This document shows, in pieces, positions 48,153 through 58,432 of a stretch of DNA of 64,000 nucleotides (position 1 is its first letter; each line of letters starts with the position of its first letter). Both the position numbers and the translations under genes were made by a program. Below the pieces are notes generated by a model that did not search any database, had not been told where the DNA came from, and saw nothing but the letters and a program-made list of their open reading frames with translations. This DNA is from an uncultured delta proteobacterium (GTDB taxonomy: Bacteria; Desulfobacterota; Zymogenia; Zymogenales; Zymogenaceae). The stretch is taken from NCBI GenBank assembly GCA_963735595.1, contig CAVTLK010000005.1, positions 1-64,000 of the forward strand, in the 5' to 3' direction.

Positions 48153-49133
48153 CTATATGGACGCACCTGTCGAGGGTGTGTCGCAGACGAGCGCGCCGCC
48201 GCACGAGGACCCCGCGCCCGCCGTGCAGGCAAAACAATGGCTGCCGAAAACGATCCTGCGACGCGCGAGCTTTTCTGCGTCGAAATCCTCGATATGGTCG
48301 GGATACTCATGACCTACGGTGAGACCGAGAGCAATGTTGAAATCGCAATCGTACAATGTCCCGTCCCACGCCACGCTGATCTGGTGGCGGCACATGAGAC
48401 CGTCGATGGCTTGAGGATTGAAAGACCCTTTAAGGAGCTCGAAATAGGCGTGCCGGGTGCTCTCGTCCAGCGACGCCCCGAACCGCCCGATGGGTACATT
48501 GGTAATGGTCAGCAGGCGGGTAAAAGAAACGCCGAAGCCATCGGCCAGCCGTTCGCGGTAAGCGCTCTCGAGCCCGCTCTGCGGGCCGGGAAGGATCGGC
48601 GGAAGGGGATTGTAGACAAGATCGAGCGGCAGCTTGAGATTGCTGCCGTATCCCACCGCGTTCAGCTTCCTGATTGCGGCGATGCTTTTTTCGTATACTC
48701 CCTTGCCACGCTGGGCCGAGACGTTCTCTTCCGTATAACAGGGCAGCGATGCCGCAAGCCGTACGCCGTGATCCCTGAAGAAGGCCGGCAGCTCTTCATT
48801 GCCCGGCTCGGTGAGCGCCGTAAGGTTTGTCCGCACCTGTACGCTCAATCCGCCGTCTCTCAGCGACTCGATGAAGCGTACGAAATGAGGATTAAGCTCG
48901 GGAGCACCGCCCGTCACGTCTACCAGCTTTACCTGGGTACTGTGCGCCGCGGACAGGACCATTTCCATGACGGGCCATCCCATCATTTCCGTACGCTGCG
49001 GGGAGCATTCCAGATGGCAATGGGTGCAGTTCTGGTTACAGTAGTACCCAAGATTTACCTGAAGGGTATCGATACCGGTACTGTATAGGCCTTCGCCTTG
49101 GATTTCTTCGATCAGGTCTTTAAAATCGTCCAT
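48153..49133 (-). CDS. arsS: Arsenosugar biosynthesis radical SAM protein
   Basis: LQVNLG..CNQNCTHCH, SLPCY, YDCDFN, HCFACTAGAGSSCGG. Confidence 0.88.
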   Translation of the reverse strand: MDDFKDLIEEIQGEGLYSTGIDTLQVNLGYYCNQNCTHCHLECSPQRTEMMGWPVMEMVLSAAHSTQVKLVDVTGGAPELNPHFVRFIESLRDGGLSVQVRTNLTALTEPGNEELPAFFRDHGVRLAASLPCYTEENVSAQRGKGVYEKSIAAIRKLNAVGYGSNLKLPLDLVYNPLPPILPGPQSGLESAYRERLADGFGVSFTRLLTITNVPIGRFGASLDESTRHAYFELLKGSFNPQAIDGLMCRHQISVAWDGTLYDCDFNIALGLTVGHEYPDHIEDFDAEKLARRRIVFGSHCFACTAGAGSSCGGALVCDTPSTGASI

Positions 49134-49288
49134 CGGCTCCTCCAAAGATAACGCGGTTACTGATATAGTATAACACGTATTCTATCTTTTGAACGGATGA
49201 CACTTTTTTTTCAATTGACTCAAATGGATCGCCGACGTATCATTCAAGAAGGGTGACTTAAACAGGTAATGTGGAAAGGAGTAGATCT

Positions 49289-50257
49289 ATGAGGAAACGA
49301 TTGATCTTCCTTGGTATCTGCATGATCATAACCGGCGCGGCCGCGGCCTGCGACGTTTCGACCGGACTTAAAGATACGGGCGATTACCCGGATTTTATCA
49401 CGTCCAATGATAACTACTACATAACCAGGATAGGGGACGTCCCGCAGATCGCCCCGGAGACGTACCGCCTCAACGTTACCGGGCTCGTTGACCGGCCCCG
49501 GTCCTTTACCCTGAAGGAGCTTACCGCCATGGCGACGGTTGAGCTCCCCCTGACGGTCGAATGTATCGGCAACACAAGCCGCGGACGACTGATTTCCACC
49601 GCCGTCTGGAAGGGATTGTTACTGGCCGACCTGCTGGAGTCGTTGGGGCTGGACCCCCGCGCTACCGGCGTTAAGTATACGGGGGCAGACGGTTACTTCG
49701 CGTCCCACACCATGGAGCAGGTAAAAGAAAACGGTATACTTGTGGCACTATACATGAACGGGGTAACAATACCTCCCGAGCAGGGATTTCCGGTGCGGAT
49801 TCTCAATCCCGGCTATTATGGCGTCAAACAACCCGCATGGGTAACGGATATCGAGGTGATCGATATGCCCATTAAGGACTATTGGGAAGAGCGTGGATGG
49901 GACTGCTCGCCGCCCATCGCGGTTGACTCGACGATTTTCTTCCCGAAAGATACGGCCAGTGTCGCCGCCGGAGAGCCGCTTACCATCGGGGGCGCCGCCT
50001 TCGGAGGAAAGCGGGTCACGCTGGTCGAGGTAACCGGGGATGGGGGTAAAACATGGACGCGGGCCGAGATTACTCAAAGCCTGGAGGCCGACAACGTCTG
50101 GGTGTTCTGGAGGGCCGAGATCACGTTCCCGGAGCCCGGAAAATACGTGGTCAATTCCCGGGCGACCGATATCAATGGAAACGTGCAGGTGGATAAAGAC
50201 CCGAACCATTACGACGGGACTAATGACTGGCCGATGCTGAAAGTGAGGGTGGAGTAA
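49289..50257 (+). CDS. Sulfite-oxidase-family molybdopterin oxidoreductase, probable lipoprotein
   Basis: ECIGN, GFPVR...PG.YGVK, C-terminal Ig-like dimerization domain; AAAC lipobox. Confidence 0.85.
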   Translation: MRKRLIFLGICMIITGAAAACDVSTGLKDTGDYPDFITSNDNYYITRIGDVPQIAPETYRLNVTGLVDRPRSFTLKELTAMATVELPLTVECIGNTSRGRLISTAVWKGLLLADLLESLGLDPRATGVKYTGADGYFASHTMEQVKENGILVALYMNGVTIPPEQGFPVRILNPGYYGVKQPAWVTDIEVIDMPIKDYWEERGWDCSPPIAVDSTIFFPKDTASVAAGEPLTIGGAAFGGKRVTLVEVTGDGGKTWTRAEITQSLEADNVWVFWRAEITFPEPGKYVVNSRATDINGNVQVDKDPNHYDGTNDWPMLKVRVE

Positions 50258-50297
50258 GGAGCCGGTGGGCGGGATGGGATGTATAGCTGTGAATATA

Positions 50298-50328
50298 AAA
50301 AGGGTTGGCGTTTTACACCAACCCTTTT
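50298..50328. terminator. Bidirectional terminator
   Basis: AAAAGGGTTGG...CCAACCCTTTT. Confidence 0.8.
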
Positions 50329-50335
50329 CCGTCTT

Positions 50336-50411
50336 TGGTGGAGCTGAACGGGATCGAACCGTCGACCTCATGACTGCCAGTCATGCGCTCTCCCAGCTGA
50401 GCTACAGCCCC
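50336..50411 (-). tRNA. tRNA-Ala(GGC)
   Basis: GGGGCTGTAGCTCAGCTGGGAGAGC-GCATGA CT GGC AG TCATG...GGTTCGATCCC...CTCCACCA, 76 nt. Confidence 0.97.
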
Positions 50412-50589
50412 GAGTATCCTATTTTAATAACACGCGTCAGAAACCTTGTCAAGGTTTTTTCGGCGGCTGTTTCATCGGGCGGAATACCGGCGTCCCCTCC
50501 GTAGCGTTATCCCGGATAATCCAACGGGGTCGATCCGGCAACATCTGCCGGGGCCGCCGAACGCGTTGTCCGCGCCGGCCCAAATATCC

Positions 50590-50619
50590 TTGACAGGCCG
50601 CGGGATCGTGCCGTATAAT
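50590..50619 (+). promoter_or_regulatory. tRNA-Leu promoter
   Basis: TTGACA-18-TATAAT, 9 nt before the tRNA. Confidence 0.8.
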
Positions 50620-50628
50620 CGCTCTCGT

Positions 50629-50715
50629 GCCGGAGTGGTGAAATTGGTAGACGCAGGGGACTCAAAATCCCCCGACCCCCGGGTCGTGTCGGTTCGATTC
50701 CGACCTCCGGCACCA
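50629..50715 (+). tRNA. tRNA-Leu(CAA)
   Basis: GCCGGAGTGGTGAAATTGGTAGAC..GGGGA CT CAA AA TCCCC, long variable arm, TTCGA, ends ACCA; 87 nt. Confidence 0.97.
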
Positions 50716-50867
50716 AAAATGTAAATCAGTTCAAGGGCTTCCGCGCAGGAGCGAAGCTCTTTTTTTGTCCAAATCCCCCATTACCGGCAGGCGTGTCCGT
50801 TACGGTCATCCGCTACGGCCGTTGCCGGTAAAACGGGCGTACGGCGCCCCCCTTTCTACCGACTCGC

Positions 50868-51659
50868 CTACCACTTGGCCTTCCACCACCCGGAGCCGCC
50901 GACGGAATAGACGGTGAACGTATAGGTGCCGATTCTCTGGAGCATGAAGACGTTGTTATACGGATTAATGGTCCAGTCTCCGACGAGATCTCCCTGGGGG
51001 CCGGTGATGTTAACGTTGAACTGCACGTCCTCCGGCACCTCGAAGGTGATCTGGACGGGCTCGGACACATCAACCGTGAAGACGTACGAATCGCCGGGGC
51101 CCGAAAGGCGGCTCGTTTCCGTATTGCCCATACACATGGCGGCGATGACAAGCATCATGAAGAGTAGAAAGACGATCCCGACGATGGAGGCGCACACGAT
51201 TATCGGCTTTTTCTGAGACTTCTTCTGCACGGGCGGTGTCGGCTCGGCAGCAGGGGGGGGAGGCGGCGAATCAACCGCCGTTACCTCGGCCACGGCCGCT
51301 TTCGGCGGCGGCGGCGGAGGCAAAACGGCCGTTTTCGTCTCGGTCGGGGCCGTTGTCGGTGGAGGAGGCGGCGTTTTGGTCGTGGTTTCGGCCGGGGACG
51401 TTGTTGGCGGCGGTGGGGGCGGCGGCGCGGCCGTTGCCGGTTCCTTCTTTGTCTCCGGCGTCTTTGGGGTTGAGACGGTAAACGGGGTCTGGGCGGCCGG
51501 TACCGCTTCCGACGGAGATCCGAGGCCTTCCAGCGGGGAACGCCCGGGCGCCGCGGCAGTAGGGGGAGGAGTCGGTGGCGCCGCTTCGAGCGGCGCGCCG
51601 CAATTCTTGCAGAACCTGGCGTCGTCAAGATTCTGTTGGCTGCACTTCGGACAGAGCAT
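50868..51659 (-). CDS. Zinc-ribbon / Pro-rich / TM protein with a small C-terminal beta (PPC-like) domain
   Basis: CPKC..FCKNCG, Pro/Thr linker, hydrophobic helix, GTYTFTVYSVGGSG. Confidence 0.75.
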   Translation of the reverse strand: MLCPKCSQQNLDDARFCKNCGAPLEAAPPTPPPTAAAPGRSPLEGLGSPSEAVPAAQTPFTVSTPKTPETKKEPATAAPPPPPPPTTSPAETTTKTPPPPPTTAPTETKTAVLPPPPPPKAAVAEVTAVDSPPPPPAAEPTPPVQKKSQKKPIIVCASIVGIVFLLFMMLVIAAMCMGNTETSRLSGPGDSYVFTVDVSEPVQITFEVPEDVQFNVNITGPQGDLVGDWTINPYNNVFMLQRIGTYTFTVYSVGGSGWWKAKW

Positions 51660-51684
51660 CGTTTACCTCAATAAATCGTAATGG

Positions 51685-52890
51685 TTATTCAACTGCCTTA
51701 CCGCACCCGTCGCAGAATTTCGCGTCATGGGGCATCTTCCTCCTGCATTGTGCGCACGTGATTTCCTCGGATTTCTTATTATCTGCCTTCACCACTTCGC
51801 CGCAGTGTTTGCAGAACTTGGCATCGGGAGTAATCGGCATTTTACACTTTCCGCATAGCAGTTCGTCGGGTTTTTTGATGATGGTGAGTGGTTTCCCTTT
51901 GATATCGTTCAAAAAGTCAGGGCTTTCAAGGAACGCCGAGAGCAAGAACGTGAAAGCAAGCGGGCTAGGGAATGATATATGGATTTTACCGTCGTCGACT
52001 ATCTCCCATAGCATAAGATCCGAAAGGTTCGCGCCGGTAACCTCAACCTTAAAATGGGTAACTTCGTTCTTTTCCGTTACCCGGCCGGAATAGAGGGTCA
52101 GGTTATTGCCAAGAGCCTTGAACCGATTCGATACTATTTCTGCGGTATTGGACAGTACGTATTTCCCACCCTTTTCGACAACAAGGCCTTTCTTTGTGAG
52201 TTGCGAAAGCGCCTGTGCAGTCCTTTCCTCCGATGGCGCATCGGCCTGTTCAAGATACTCCCCGAGACGGGCTATAAACCAGTGGCGGCTCAGGTTCTTC
52301 AGAGAAAGCCATTCGCCGATAACCTTGGGCGAAATCGGCACCGGCTCTTTCTGTGCGTTTTCCAAGAGGTCGATAAGGAGTTGCCTTCTCCTGAGGTCGA
52401 TCAAGCCGAAAAGTACGAATGCTTCGTCAAAGGACAATACCTCGTTTGCGTTGCACGTCGAAAAGAAGCTCGTCCCGAAATATTGGTTGAGCATAATGAG
52501 GAGCTCTTCGGTCGGCGCCGGGTCCTGTATCCTTAACGAGTCTTTGGTTTCATACAGTGAAACCGTTTTCTTATCGCGAAAGTAAATGATAAAGGAGTTA
52601 TAGGAACTGATACCACCGTATGTGACCCACGTGAACGACCCGGGTTTGGCAAGCAGCGAAAACGTCTGCCTGTATTTCTGGTTGATCTTCCCGCCGGCAA
52701 CGATCACGCCGAGGTTCGTCAAGGCTTTCTGGTCCGCTTCGGTCACCGGGGCCGCGCTCTCTGAAGAAAGAAACGGTGAAAGGTTTGTCTTCTCGCCGTC
52801 CAGCAATGAGCCGATATACTGGAACTGCCCTCTTGGAAGCCTAAGGTCGATTTTATCTACCATTATCAACTCGCTCAGATAATTTTCCAT
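51685..52890 (-). CDS. Hypothetical protein with two C-terminal zinc ribbons
   Basis: CGKC..DAKFCKHCG and CAQC..DAKFCDGCG; N-terminal region unassigned. Confidence 0.75.
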   Translation of the reverse strand: MENYLSELIMVDKIDLRLPRGQFQYIGSLLDGEKTNLSPFLSSESAAPVTEADQKALTNLGVIVAGGKINQKYRQTFSLLAKPGSFTWVTYGGISSYNSFIIYFRDKKTVSLYETKDSLRIQDPAPTEELLIMLNQYFGTSFFSTCNANEVLSFDEAFVLFGLIDLRRRQLLIDLLENAQKEPVPISPKVIGEWLSLKNLSRHWFIARLGEYLEQADAPSEERTAQALSQLTKKGLVVEKGGKYVLSNTAEIVSNRFKALGNNLTLYSGRVTEKNEVTHFKVEVTGANLSDLMLWEIVDDGKIHISFPSPLAFTFLLSAFLESPDFLNDIKGKPLTIIKKPDELLCGKCKMPITPDAKFCKHCGEVVKADNKKSEEITCAQCRRKMPHDAKFCDGCGKAVE

Positions 52891-52965
52891 TGTGTGAATT
52901 AAAAAATACGATTGCTGGGTCGTCGTTACCGTTAAAAGCAGCGTGTCGGTTTACGATAGAGTACG

Positions 52966-55014
52966 TTATTGCTCTCCCTCAGGCGAAGGGGTCGAGTAAA
53001 CGACCTCATCAATGACCGGGTCCGTCGCGAACTTTGTTGCTTCTCCGCCGAGCTGGACGCCCGCCTCTCCCGGCACCGATTTGACTACTTCTTTAATAGT
53101 TCCGGGAATATCGAGTCCGTGCCTCAAATCCATCCTGGTATACTTCGTAAAAGATTGGAAGTAGTCTTTTTGGAAGCCCGCAAGCTTTTTTACTAAACCG
53201 GAGGTCGCCTTTGTTGTCAGGATATTCTTCTTGGCAAGGGTATCATAGATACCGCTGGCGTATTTGTTGAAGCCAAGATCCTGACCGATCAGCCCTCCGG
53301 CAATCTCCGCCGAAGATTCTACTGCCCCCTTGAGCAGTCCGTTTACGGCCGCCTTTTTGAACTTATCTGAAAGCGTCCCGCGCGTCTCCGGGTCTTCCCG
53401 AACGTACTCGGCCTGCGCTTCACTCATCTCGCCCGCGACGTTTTTCGTGCCGATATAACCGAAATTTATCGCCTTGCCCAACGGTCCGGTCACGTTCGAT
53501 AGCGCGCTCATCGCCGTGTCGCATGCAAATCCGACGACTTTAAGGCCGCCGGTTATCGCCTGGAGTAACATCACCTTCGGCGAGTATTGCGAAATGGTTT
53601 CCGGCTCGGGAACGGCCTCCTCAACGGTAAGCGGTCCGCTGGTCAGAGAGACTTCGCCGTCCGGCGTAGAAAACGAATCCCATTGAGGCGTGGACCCATC
53701 GATAGATACAGGAATGACCGGAGTGCCAGAGGGAGTATCTCCAAATTGCAGGGAATCGCCAAGCACCATTCCCGGCTTTATCGGCCCGGCCGCATCCGGC
53801 GGTACCTGGATTAGGTTATCGAGGGTGAGCGTCGGAAACAGCGCCCCGAGGGCCGATGCAAGTGCCGGAGGAATCCCGTGGAGCAGTACCCGCTCAAAGC
53901 CCTGGCTGCCCCACCAGAGGACCCACGTCCCCCCCGCCTCCGACTTGCCGCCGTTATCGGCAAAGGCCAGGTCCGGGAAACAGGCTATCATGAGCATCTG
54001 GATGATTATCGGGGATAAGCAGAGGATCAACCCGGTTGTCTTATTCGAGATGGTCGGCGCCTTTATTTCAAAGAAGAGAAAGACGCCAAGGACCATGAGG
54101 ACGATGCCCGTAACAAATCCAAGGGCCCCCTTCAAGACCAGGGATACGATAAATCCAGGGATGAGGCCTACCATGATGAGATGGGCGGCGGAAAGCGAGA
54201 TGCCGTATTTCTCTTCCGGTTTCTTGACGACGGTCCGTATGATCCAGAGCCAGACCCGCCCGATGAACCGGGCGATCGCCCAGCCCAGGGAGGAGAGGCC
54301 GAAGACGGCCAGGAACAATGCGATGCCGACCCCGACGTTTCCGGTGATGACGTTAAACGGAGAGAAGAAGAGCGCGAGCCCCAAGCCGATGAGCAGCGCC
54401 CCAACCCCCGGAGTGCCGGCCTGATGGATACGCTCGATCATCATAACGGGCGCCTTGGTCAGCGTGGGCAGGAAGTTTTTTTTACCCATCTTGAACCAGG
54501 TGAAGACGAGCATCCAGAAAAAGCCGGAAAGGAGGCCCCAGAAGATCGTGGAGGAGAGGAAATTCTTCCAGTTGGAGAAGACCCAGTTGCCGGCGCCCCC
54601 CTGGCCGAAGCCCCCATTGACGTCGGCCAGAAGGTAGGTGTGGATTACCCAGGTAGTGAAAAAGGAGAGGATTACAAAGGGGATGCGTATGAGGACGTGC
54701 TTGATATAGCGGCCGGCCTTCGATTCCTTCTTCGTTCCCGTCGGGGGCGAGGAACCGGCGTCGGCCGTCGAGCCAGCCGTCGAGGTAGCCGACGTGATCG
54801 GAGCCGGAGCTTCAATCCGCTCGCCGGTAGCTTGCCACGCGCTCCCGTCCCACTTCAGGCAGGTGCCATCTTCCGTCACCTGCCACCAGGTTTTTGCATC
54901 ATCCTGAAAACGGAGTTTTTCGATCCCGACGCGGAAGGCCTCGTAGTCTAATCGGCCGGACGTATGCTCATTTTTCAGTGCCAGATACTTCTCGCGGGCT
55001 GCGTCTCGATCCAT
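52966..55014 (-). CDS. Multi-pass membrane protein with Trp-rich N-terminal module and soluble C-terminal tail
   Basis: TWWQV...KWDGSAWQ, about 7 TM segments, AFADNGG.SEAGG, low-complexity linker. Confidence 0.7.
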   Translation of the reverse strand: MDRDAAREKYLALKNEHTSGRLDYEAFRVGIEKLRFQDDAKTWWQVTEDGTCLKWDGSAWQATGERIEAPAPITSATSTAGSTADAGSSPPTGTKKESKAGRYIKHVLIRIPFVILSFFTTWVIHTYLLADVNGGFGQGGAGNWVFSNWKNFLSSTIFWGLLSGFFWMLVFTWFKMGKKNFLPTLTKAPVMMIERIHQAGTPGVGALLIGLGLALFFSPFNVITGNVGVGIALFLAVFGLSSLGWAIARFIGRVWLWIIRTVVKKPEEKYGISLSAAHLIMVGLIPGFIVSLVLKGALGFVTGIVLMVLGVFLFFEIKAPTISNKTTGLILCLSPIIIQMLMIACFPDLAFADNGGKSEAGGTWVLWWGSQGFERVLLHGIPPALASALGALFPTLTLDNLIQVPPDAAGPIKPGMVLGDSLQFGDTPSGTPVIPVSIDGSTPQWDSFSTPDGEVSLTSGPLTVEEAVPEPETISQYSPKVMLLQAITGGLKVVGFACDTAMSALSNVTGPLGKAINFGYIGTKNVAGEMSEAQAEYVREDPETRGTLSDKFKKAAVNGLLKGAVESSAEIAGGLIGQDLGFNKYASGIYDTLAKKNILTTKATSGLVKKLAGFQKDYFQSFTKYTRMDLRHGLDIPGTIKEVVKSVPGEAGVQLGGEATKFATDPVIDEVVYSTPSPEGEQ

Positions 55015-55101
55015 GCGGCACCTTAACCCTTTTGTTTACTCGAAGCAATTGTAGTATAACTATGGACGCGGTGTCAAGTCATTGATTGAAAGAGCCTTCA
55101 C

Positions 55102-56148
55102 CTATTTAACCAATTCAAGCGCGTTGCGCTCGATGACCGTCACTCCATTAAGTGTGCCGAACCAGAGGTTTCTATCCTCATCCTCGACGATGCTCGTGAT
55201 CTCCTGATGGGGGAACCCGTCTCTTGTCGAAAGGACCGTGAAGGTACCGTTATGGAGCCGCGCGACCCCCTCGGTTTCCGAGCCGAACCAGAGGTCCCCG
55301 GCTGAATCCGGAAATATCGTCCGAACCCGCCATCCGGCCAGTCCGTCCTCTTTCGTGAGGGTCTGCCCGATGCGCCATGAGTCTTTTTCCCTGACAAACA
55401 ATGCCGCCCCTCCGTGCTCGAAATAGCCGGTCCCGGCCCAGATTTTATCCGGTGTCTGCTCAAGAAGAGAAGTAATATCGTTGTGGGGGAGCCCCTCCTT
55501 GACCGTGAAATAGCGCCACTGCCCGTCCCGGTGGCAGCTGATGCCGCCGGCGGGCGCCACGTGAGAGCCGAACCACATCCCGCCCCGGGAATCGGCAAGT
55601 ATCACGTTTACCATGTTATGCAGCAACCCCTGTGCGGTGGTGATCGTCTCGATTCGGGAGAAATCCCGATCCGGAATGATAGCGACGCCCCCCCAGGTCC
55701 CCACCCACAGCGATCCGTCGCGGTTGAGTAGGAGGGCATTAACACGGTTGTCGGGTAATCCGTCTTCAGTTGTGTAGGTCGAGAGCTTCCCTTTATCCCA
55801 GCGGGAGAGCCCGTTGAAATGCGCAATCCATACGGCGCCTGTGTCATCGACCAGGATATCCTTCACGTAGGTCAGGGGCGGCTCCGATTTGATCTCGTGT
55901 CGGACCGTTTTTGACTTCGTATCGATCTCAAAGGCGCCGTCCATCCCCCCCGCCCATATGGTATTTCCCTGTATCTCCAGGCACATGACGTTTACGGGCG
56001 GACGAATGACGGTCCAGCCCGGCGGCGGGGGCGGATCGATGAACAGGCGGTAGATGAGCCGGTCCGCCCAGACAGCCGCGGCAAACACCACGAGAAAGAC
56101 GATGCTGATGATAACGCGTCTTGCGGGTCTTTTGCGATCCGGGCTCAT
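55102..56148 (-). CDS. Exported beta-propeller protein (two-component regulator propeller repeats)
   Basis: Repeated T.EDGL....V..I..D..G.LWFG units. Confidence 0.85.
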   Translation of the reverse strand: MSPDRKRPARRVIISIVFLVVFAAAVWADRLIYRLFIDPPPPPGWTVIRPPVNVMCLEIQGNTIWAGGMDGAFEIDTKSKTVRHEIKSEPPLTYVKDILVDDTGAVWIAHFNGLSRWDKGKLSTYTTEDGLPDNRVNALLLNRDGSLWVGTWGGVAIIPDRDFSRIETITTAQGLLHNMVNVILADSRGGMWFGSHVAPAGGISCHRDGQWRYFTVKEGLPHNDITSLLEQTPDKIWAGTGYFEHGGAALFVREKDSWRIGQTLTKEDGLAGWRVRTIFPDSAGDLWFGSETEGVARLHNGTFTVLSTRDGFPHQEITSIVEDEDRNLWFGTLNGVTVIERNALELVK

Positions 56149-56812
56149 GGTTTTACTCGACCGGGGGCAGCGTGTGCGATACGTCCCGCCCTGAGGACAA
56201 GATGTTGCCCCGCCAGCGCGTGTGCTTCCGTTTCGTCGTGGGTCACGTAGACGAGGCAGGCGGCGGTCTCCTTTTGCGTCTTCATGATAAAGGTAAGGAG
56301 CCGTTCCTTCAACTGGGGGTCGAGGCTCGTCAGCGGCTCGTCCATGAGGAGGTAGTGCGGCCGCGCGGCGACCGCCCGGGCAAGGGCAACGCGCCGCTTT
56401 TCCCCACCGGAAAGCTTTGACGGGTATCGTCCGGCAAGGTGGGTCAGATCGGCGTCCGCAAGCACCTCCCTCATGCGCTCGTCGGCCGCTCTTTTTTGAG
56501 ACCCGTCAGGCCAAAGCCCACGTGCTGGACCACCGTCATATGCGGCCAGAGCGCCGGCGACTGGAACACGAACCCGATATGGCGCATGTGCGGGGGAAGC
56601 GCCCATCCGGGTGTGCTTACCAGATCCCCCCCGAGGAATATCTCGCCCTCGTCGGGGAGATCCAGACCCGCTATCAGGCGCAGCAGCGTGGTCTTGCCGC
56701 TTCCCGATGCGCCGCTGATCACGCACGAGCCGGAGTCCTCTACCGCAAATGAGACGCTATCAAGGACGGCTGTCTCGCCGAAGCGTTTTGTGATGTTATT
56801 GACTCGAATCAT
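56145..56812 (-). CDS. ABC transporter ATP-binding protein (frameshift at ~56490)
   Basis: GASGSGKT, FQSPALWPH, LSGGE, LLMDEP, YVTHD. Confidence 0.88.
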
Positions 56813-58420
56813 CGTTTCTCTCTGATGTTGCCTTATGTCGGCCTAAGAGCCACAAAAAAACGGCAAAGAGGACCAGAAATCCCCAGCTCATCACGAGCGA
56901 GAGCGCCGCGGTCTGGGGTGTTGCTCCGTAATGGAGGTACGTGAATATTCGCGGGATCACGGCATCGACGCCGGGAGGAAGAACAAGAAGCGTTCCCGAA
57001 AGCTCGCCTGCGGCCAACACCCCCACCAGGATTCCCGCGGCAATGATTCCCGGGAGCATCAGCGGTAACCTGACCTTTATAAATCCGACTGCCGGACCCG
57101 GCTCGTGCACCGCGGCTGCGTCGATCAGGATCGGGTCGATCCGCCGCCCGAAAGTAAAGAGGAGGATGGCCGCCCACGGGCAGAACCGACCCACCGATAC
57201 CATGATCGGAAATATGAGGGTATCATTGAGGGGCGCGAAAGCCGGCAGGTTACCCATGTATATCAATCCTATCCCGAAGAGAGACCCCGGGATCGCCGGC
57301 ATCACAAGGGCTATGACCCACAGGATCTTGCCCGCGCGTCCAATCCTACGTATGCCCTCGGCCCACAAAAAGGAGGGAGCCAGCGCAATCAATGCCGCAG
57401 ACAGGGCGCAGATCACCGTGGTATAGATTGCGCCCTTTGCGGACGTAACGGCGGCAGCGAGATTTGAGACCGATCCGACGTCAAAACAGAGTGCGAACGT
57501 CGGTACGACGAAACAGAAGAAGGCCAGGGCAAGGCAGGCAACGGCAAGACGACCGGTCCATGGCCCAAACCCGAGTTGAAGACTCGCGCCCAATGGCCCC
57601 TTCGGGGTCTCGGCCGCTACGTCCCTCATCGTGGACTGAGCGGATACTACGACCGCGGCAGCAATAACAAGGAGCGGCACCGAGAGGAGAAGCGCACGCG
57701 CGGGATTATTCTCGGTCGAAAAATCGGAGAATATCTCGAGCGGATAGACGTTCACGGAAAAGAGGGAGGCAATCGTATAATCGGAAAGCGTCATGACAAA
57801 CAGGAAGACCGAAACGGTGATGAGGGCCGGGAAGATCAACGGAAGTGCGACCGAGAGCAGGGTCTTTTGGTCGTCTCCCATCGTCCGCGCGGCATCAATG
57901 AGCAAGGGGTCCAGATTCCTGAGGGAGATCAGACAGATGCCGAATGAGAACGGGATAAGAGACATCGTCTGCACCCATACGGCGCCGAACCACCCCCACA
58001 GGGGAGGAAAAAAGAAGCCGTGGGCGGTCAGCCATCCCCGGACGTGGGCCCATCCCCCCATCCATGCCAGGGCGTGGATCGTGGGGGGATCGGCAGAACG
58101 GCCAGAAACAGAATCGGTAGGATCCGCGCCCATCGGCCCTTCCGCGCAACGAAGAAAGATGCGGAGAAAATTCCGATAACGGTACCGCATACCGAAACCC
58201 CCGCCGCATATACGAGGCTTGAAAGCAGAAGTGAAAGCCTCCTTCCGGCGGGAAGCATTAACGACAGGGCATGGGGCCCGTTCTGCGCTATTTCTTTCAC
58301 GACGGGGAGGATAAGAAAGAGCAGCGGGCCAAAGACGAGCAGGAAAAAGGAAACTAAGCCGATTGAGGCCAATACCTTGCCGGAGGAAAACGGCGCATCG
58401 GCTTGTTCGTGTAGAGGCAT
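56796..58420 (-). CDS. Iron(III)/thiamine-type ABC permease (frameshift at ~58085)
   Basis: Two EAA-like motifs (LIDAARTMG; LIDAAA), multiple TM segments. Confidence 0.82.
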
Positions 58421-58432
58421 TCTGTTCGCGTC

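Noticed and set aside
48153..49133. Selenoprotein form of ArsS, or the activase for the GRE
   Set aside because: The C-terminal motif uses TGC rather than TGA, and the sequence motifs are ArsS-type rather than GRE-activase-type
958..58420. Many frameshifted genes (CoA ligase, acyl-CoA dehydrogenase, ADPS-like, CCG protein, FGGY kinase, Gfo/Idh/MocA, GRE, MDR, transketolase, ABC genes) as pseudogenes or programmed frameshifts
   Set aside because: They are single-base indels, some in homopolymers, with catalytic motifs intact and no evident nonsense decay. This is typical of unpolished long-read consensus error.
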